The notes below the pieces were generated by a model. That model made no database searches. It worked only from the letters and a program-made list of their open reading frames with translations, and was not told the origin of the DNA. Positions 55,748 to 57,895 of a stretch of 57,895 nt of DNA are shown one piece after another. The position numbers and the translations under genes are program-made. Each line of letters opens with the position of its first letter. Positions within the stretch are counted from its first letter, which is position 1. The stretch covers positions 1 through 57,895 of the forward strand of contig JBOGIV010000566.1 of the NCBI GenBank assembly GCA_050747925.1, written 5' to 3'. The stretch comes from Vicinamibacterales bacterium. Lineage in GTDB: Bacteria > Acidobacteriota > Vicinamibacteria > Vicinamibacterales > UBA2999.

Positions 55748-56869
55748 TCAGTTCGTGTGCCTTGCCTGGTGAACCGACGAGAGATACGCCTCGCGATACT
55801 CTCCCACCATCCGTTCGAGTGTAAACCGATGTTCCACGCACCGGCGCGCGCCTCCTCCCAGTTCGGCGCGGAGGTCACGACGTTGGGCCAGGACCAGCAG
55901 GGCGTCTGACAGCGCCGATGGGTCACGGGGAGGAACCAGGCGTCCGCACGATTCATCCACAATTTCGGGAGTGCCTCCGACCCGGGTGGCCACGACCGGC
56001 AGACCGGCCGCCATCCCTTCCAGGATCGTCAGGGAGATGCCCTCGCTCACTGAGCTGTTCACGTAGACATCGCAAGCCGCCAGCCACTTCCGCGCATCGT
56101 CCCGGTGGCCGAGAAACCGCACGCGGGACTCGACAGGCTGGGGACCAGCGAGCGCCTCGAGGCGAGTTCTCTCCGGTCCGTCTCCGATGAGGCAGAGGAG
56201 AGGTTTCGTTGCCGCCGGGAGTCGCATTGTGGCCTCGATGAGCGTGCCGAAATCTTTTACCGGATCGAGGCGGCCGATTGTGCCGATGAGAAATTGGTCC
56301 TCTTGGACGCCCAACTCCCGGCGTGTTGAGGAGCGAGCTTTGGCATCTGGGAGCGGGCCCACTGCGATCCCGTTGTAGATGACAGAGACCGCGTCGGGTG
56401 AGAAGCCTTCCGCCACCAGGTGCTGCTTCAGATCTTCCGAAACCGTGAACACTCTTCTGGGGAACATGGCCAAGACGCGATTGACGGCCCGGCGCTTTCT
56501 CGACGGCAGCGTGTCCGCCAGCCGTCCGTGTTCCGTGAACACGAGCTGGGTCTTTGGCAGACGCAGCCGAGCGAGGCAACTGTAGACGAACGGTGAATAG
56601 TGATGGGCATGAATCACGCCCGCGCCATGTTGGCGCGCGACGCGCGCGACTGCGAGGCCGAGCGCCGGGCTGAACCCCGGTGCGCGTCCGAGCGAACGAA
56701 CCTGAACGCCTCGTTCCTCCACCTCTCGTGCCCACGAGCCGGACTCGTCGAGGCAGCAGATCATGGTTGGCAAATCTCGATTCAATCGCGCAGCGAGCTC
56801 GACGACGAGCCGCTCGGTGCCACCGGGATTGAGGCTGAGGGCCACCTGGAGAACTCTCGGCGTCCCCAC
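55748..56869 (-). CDS. glycosyltransferase family 4, PEP-CTERM/EpsH1-associated 'stp2' type
   Basis: VLQVALSLNPGGTERLVVELAARLNRDLPTMICCLDESGSWAREVEERGVQVRSLGRAPGFSP matches the characteristic N-terminus. SVSEGISLTILEGMAAGLPVVATRVGGTPEIV (EX7E). Confidence 0.85.
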   Translation of the reverse strand: MGTPRVLQVALSLNPGGTERLVVELAARLNRDLPTMICCLDESGSWAREVEERGVQVRSLGRAPGFSPALGLAVARVARQHGAGVIHAHHYSPFVYSCLARLRLPKTQLVFTEHGRLADTLPSRKRRAVNRVLAMFPRRVFTVSEDLKQHLVAEGFSPDAVSVIYNGIAVGPLPDAKARSSTRRELGVQEDQFLIGTIGRLDPVKDFGTLIEATMRLPAATKPLLCLIGDGPERTRLEALAGPQPVESRVRFLGHRDDARKWLAACDVYVNSSVSEGISLTILEGMAAGLPVVATRVGGTPEIVDESCGRLVPPRDPSALSDALLVLAQRRDLRAELGGGARRCVEHRFTLERMVGEYREAYLSSVHQARHTN

Positions 56870-56883
56870 TGAGACTGGTCCGT

Positions 56884-57895
56884 TCAGTCCTTGAGCGTGG
56901 CCAGTACCCGACGTGCCTCGTCGGCGCCGTCGAAGTTGGCCTGTCGTTGCAGCGCTTTCTCGAGGTTCCGTCGCGCCAACTCCCTGTCCCCGTTCTGCGC
57001 GTGGGCGAGACCAAGGTGGTACAGATACACAGGGTTGTTTGGTTGCGCCGCCACGCTCATGTTCAGGGATGCGATCGCGACCGATGAGAGTTTCTTCTTG
57101 TAGTAGATCCAGCCAAGCGTGTCGTCGACCTCCGAGACGTTGGGCAGGCCCGCCTTTGCGGTTTGCGCGAGCTGCAGGGCCATGTCGAGGTCACCATTGC
57201 GATCGGCGTACAGTTGGGCGAGGTTGTTGGCGGCGACCGCCGCGCGAGCATCAATCTCGAGGACCTTTCGATACCGAGCTTCGGCCTCGTCCATGCGGTT
57301 CTGAAGCTGGAGGAGCATCGCGACTGCCGTGTTCGGCGCCACCGCTCGTGGTCGAAGCGCCGAGAGTTTCTCGAATTCAACCGTCGCTTCGGCCATTCGG
57401 CGTTGTTTGACATACAGCCGGCCTAACAGGTCGTAGGCCGCAAGATTCTTGGAGTCTAAGTCGAGGGCTCGCTTCAATGAGCTCTCGGCCGCCCCGTCAT
57501 CACCCATCGCGATGTACTGCCGTGCGGCAACCACTTGCAGCGGCGCGTTCTTGGGGGAACCGTTGACCGCGGCATCAATTCTCGCGCGGGCCGCATCGCG
57601 CCTCTTCTGCTGCAAGTCGAGCTCGGTCAACCCGGCGATGGCAGTGAGCTGAGTTGGATCTTTCTCCAATGCCCGTTCGAACGAGCTCCGAGCGCCAGCG
57701 CGATCCCCCTTGGCGAACCGGAGCCGGCCGACCTGCGCCTGCACGGCCGGGACCTGAGGGAAGCTGTCAGAGAGGAGCCTCAGCGGTTTCTCGGCTGTTT
57801 GCAGATCTCCATTGGCGATCAGCGCCTGCGCCAAGATCAGGTGCGCATCCGCATAACCTGGCACCGTGTTCAGCGCGCCCTGAGCAAACTGGATG
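56884..57895 (-). CDS. TPR-repeat protein, C-terminal part (PrsT-like; 5' end outside window)
   Basis: The reading frame stays open to the window edge (..IQFAQGALNTVPGYADAHLILAQALI..). There are many 34-aa TPR-like units (A..Y..LG..Y....r...A...fekAl..dP). Confidence 0.75.
   Translation of the reverse strand, partial: IQFAQGALNTVPGYADAHLILAQALIANGDLQTAEKPLRLLSDSFPQVPAVQAQVGRLRFAKGDRAGARSSFERALEKDPTQLTAIAGLTELDLQQKRRDAARARIDAAVNGSPKNAPLQVVAARQYIAMGDDGAAESSLKRALDLDSKNLAAYDLLGRLYVKQRRMAEATVEFEKLSALRPRAVAPNTAVAMLLQLQNRMDEAEARYRKVLEIDARAAVAANNLAQLYADRNGDLDMALQLAQTAKAGLPNVSEVDDTLGWIYYKKKLSSVAIASLNMSVAAQPNNPVYLYHLGLAHAQNGDRELARRNLEKALQRQANFDGADEARRVLATLKD

Noticed and set aside
55953-57014. 353-aa same-strand, out-of-frame ORF overlapping the stp2-type glycosyltransferase and the TPR gene end
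   Set aside because: The sequence is extremely Arg/Pro/Gly/Ser-rich, typical of an off-frame GC-rich reading. It spans a gene boundary. The annotated frames have clear GT4 and TPR motifs.

Overview
GC-rich bacterial chromosomal segment that is almost entirely coding: 43 CDS, with both edge genes truncated. I saw no rRNA, tRNA, CRISPR array, transposase or integrase. The window is one very large exopolysaccharide (EPS) locus of the XrtA/PEP-CTERM ('EpsH1') type. Hallmark genes present are a sigma-54 activator fragment, an OPX export protein, an outer-membrane barrel, a Wzz-like chain-length determinant, an ExeA-like ATPase, a BY-type tyrosine kinase, a priming sugar transferase, a CE4 deacetylase, a FemAB-like protein, stp1- and stp2-type glycosyltransferases, an O-antigen-ligase-like protein, a glutamine-dependent asparagine synthase and a PrsT-like TPR protein. 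No exosortase, EpsI or PEP-CTERM-tailed substrate is visible. Several modules that are not part of the canonical locus are interleaved: (1) three tandem NodU/CmcH carbamoyltransferase paralogues followed by SxtJ-like, DUF5989/SxtK-like and SGNH-hydrolase genes; the middle paralogue is degenerate and the third is fused to a SAM methyltransferase. (2) Two tandem paralogous secreted G8/beta-helix proteins with different C-termini; one carries an astacin-like domain whose catalytic Glu is Gln, followed by two copies of an unassigned ~80-aa repeat. (3) A nine-gene, gap-free minus-strand operon that includes a UbiA (DPPR-synthase-like) / HAD / GT-C trio and an AsnB-like protein without the N-terminal Cys. 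(4) A large beta-propeller protein with two CxxCH haem motifs. (5) A PcRGLX/YetA-like protein whose conserved N-terminus lies upstream of any canonical start codon. (6) A nested ABC-transporter (Wzm/Wzt) glycan module with ADP-heptose genes and methyltransferases. All functional calls come from motif recognition by eye. No database search was run.
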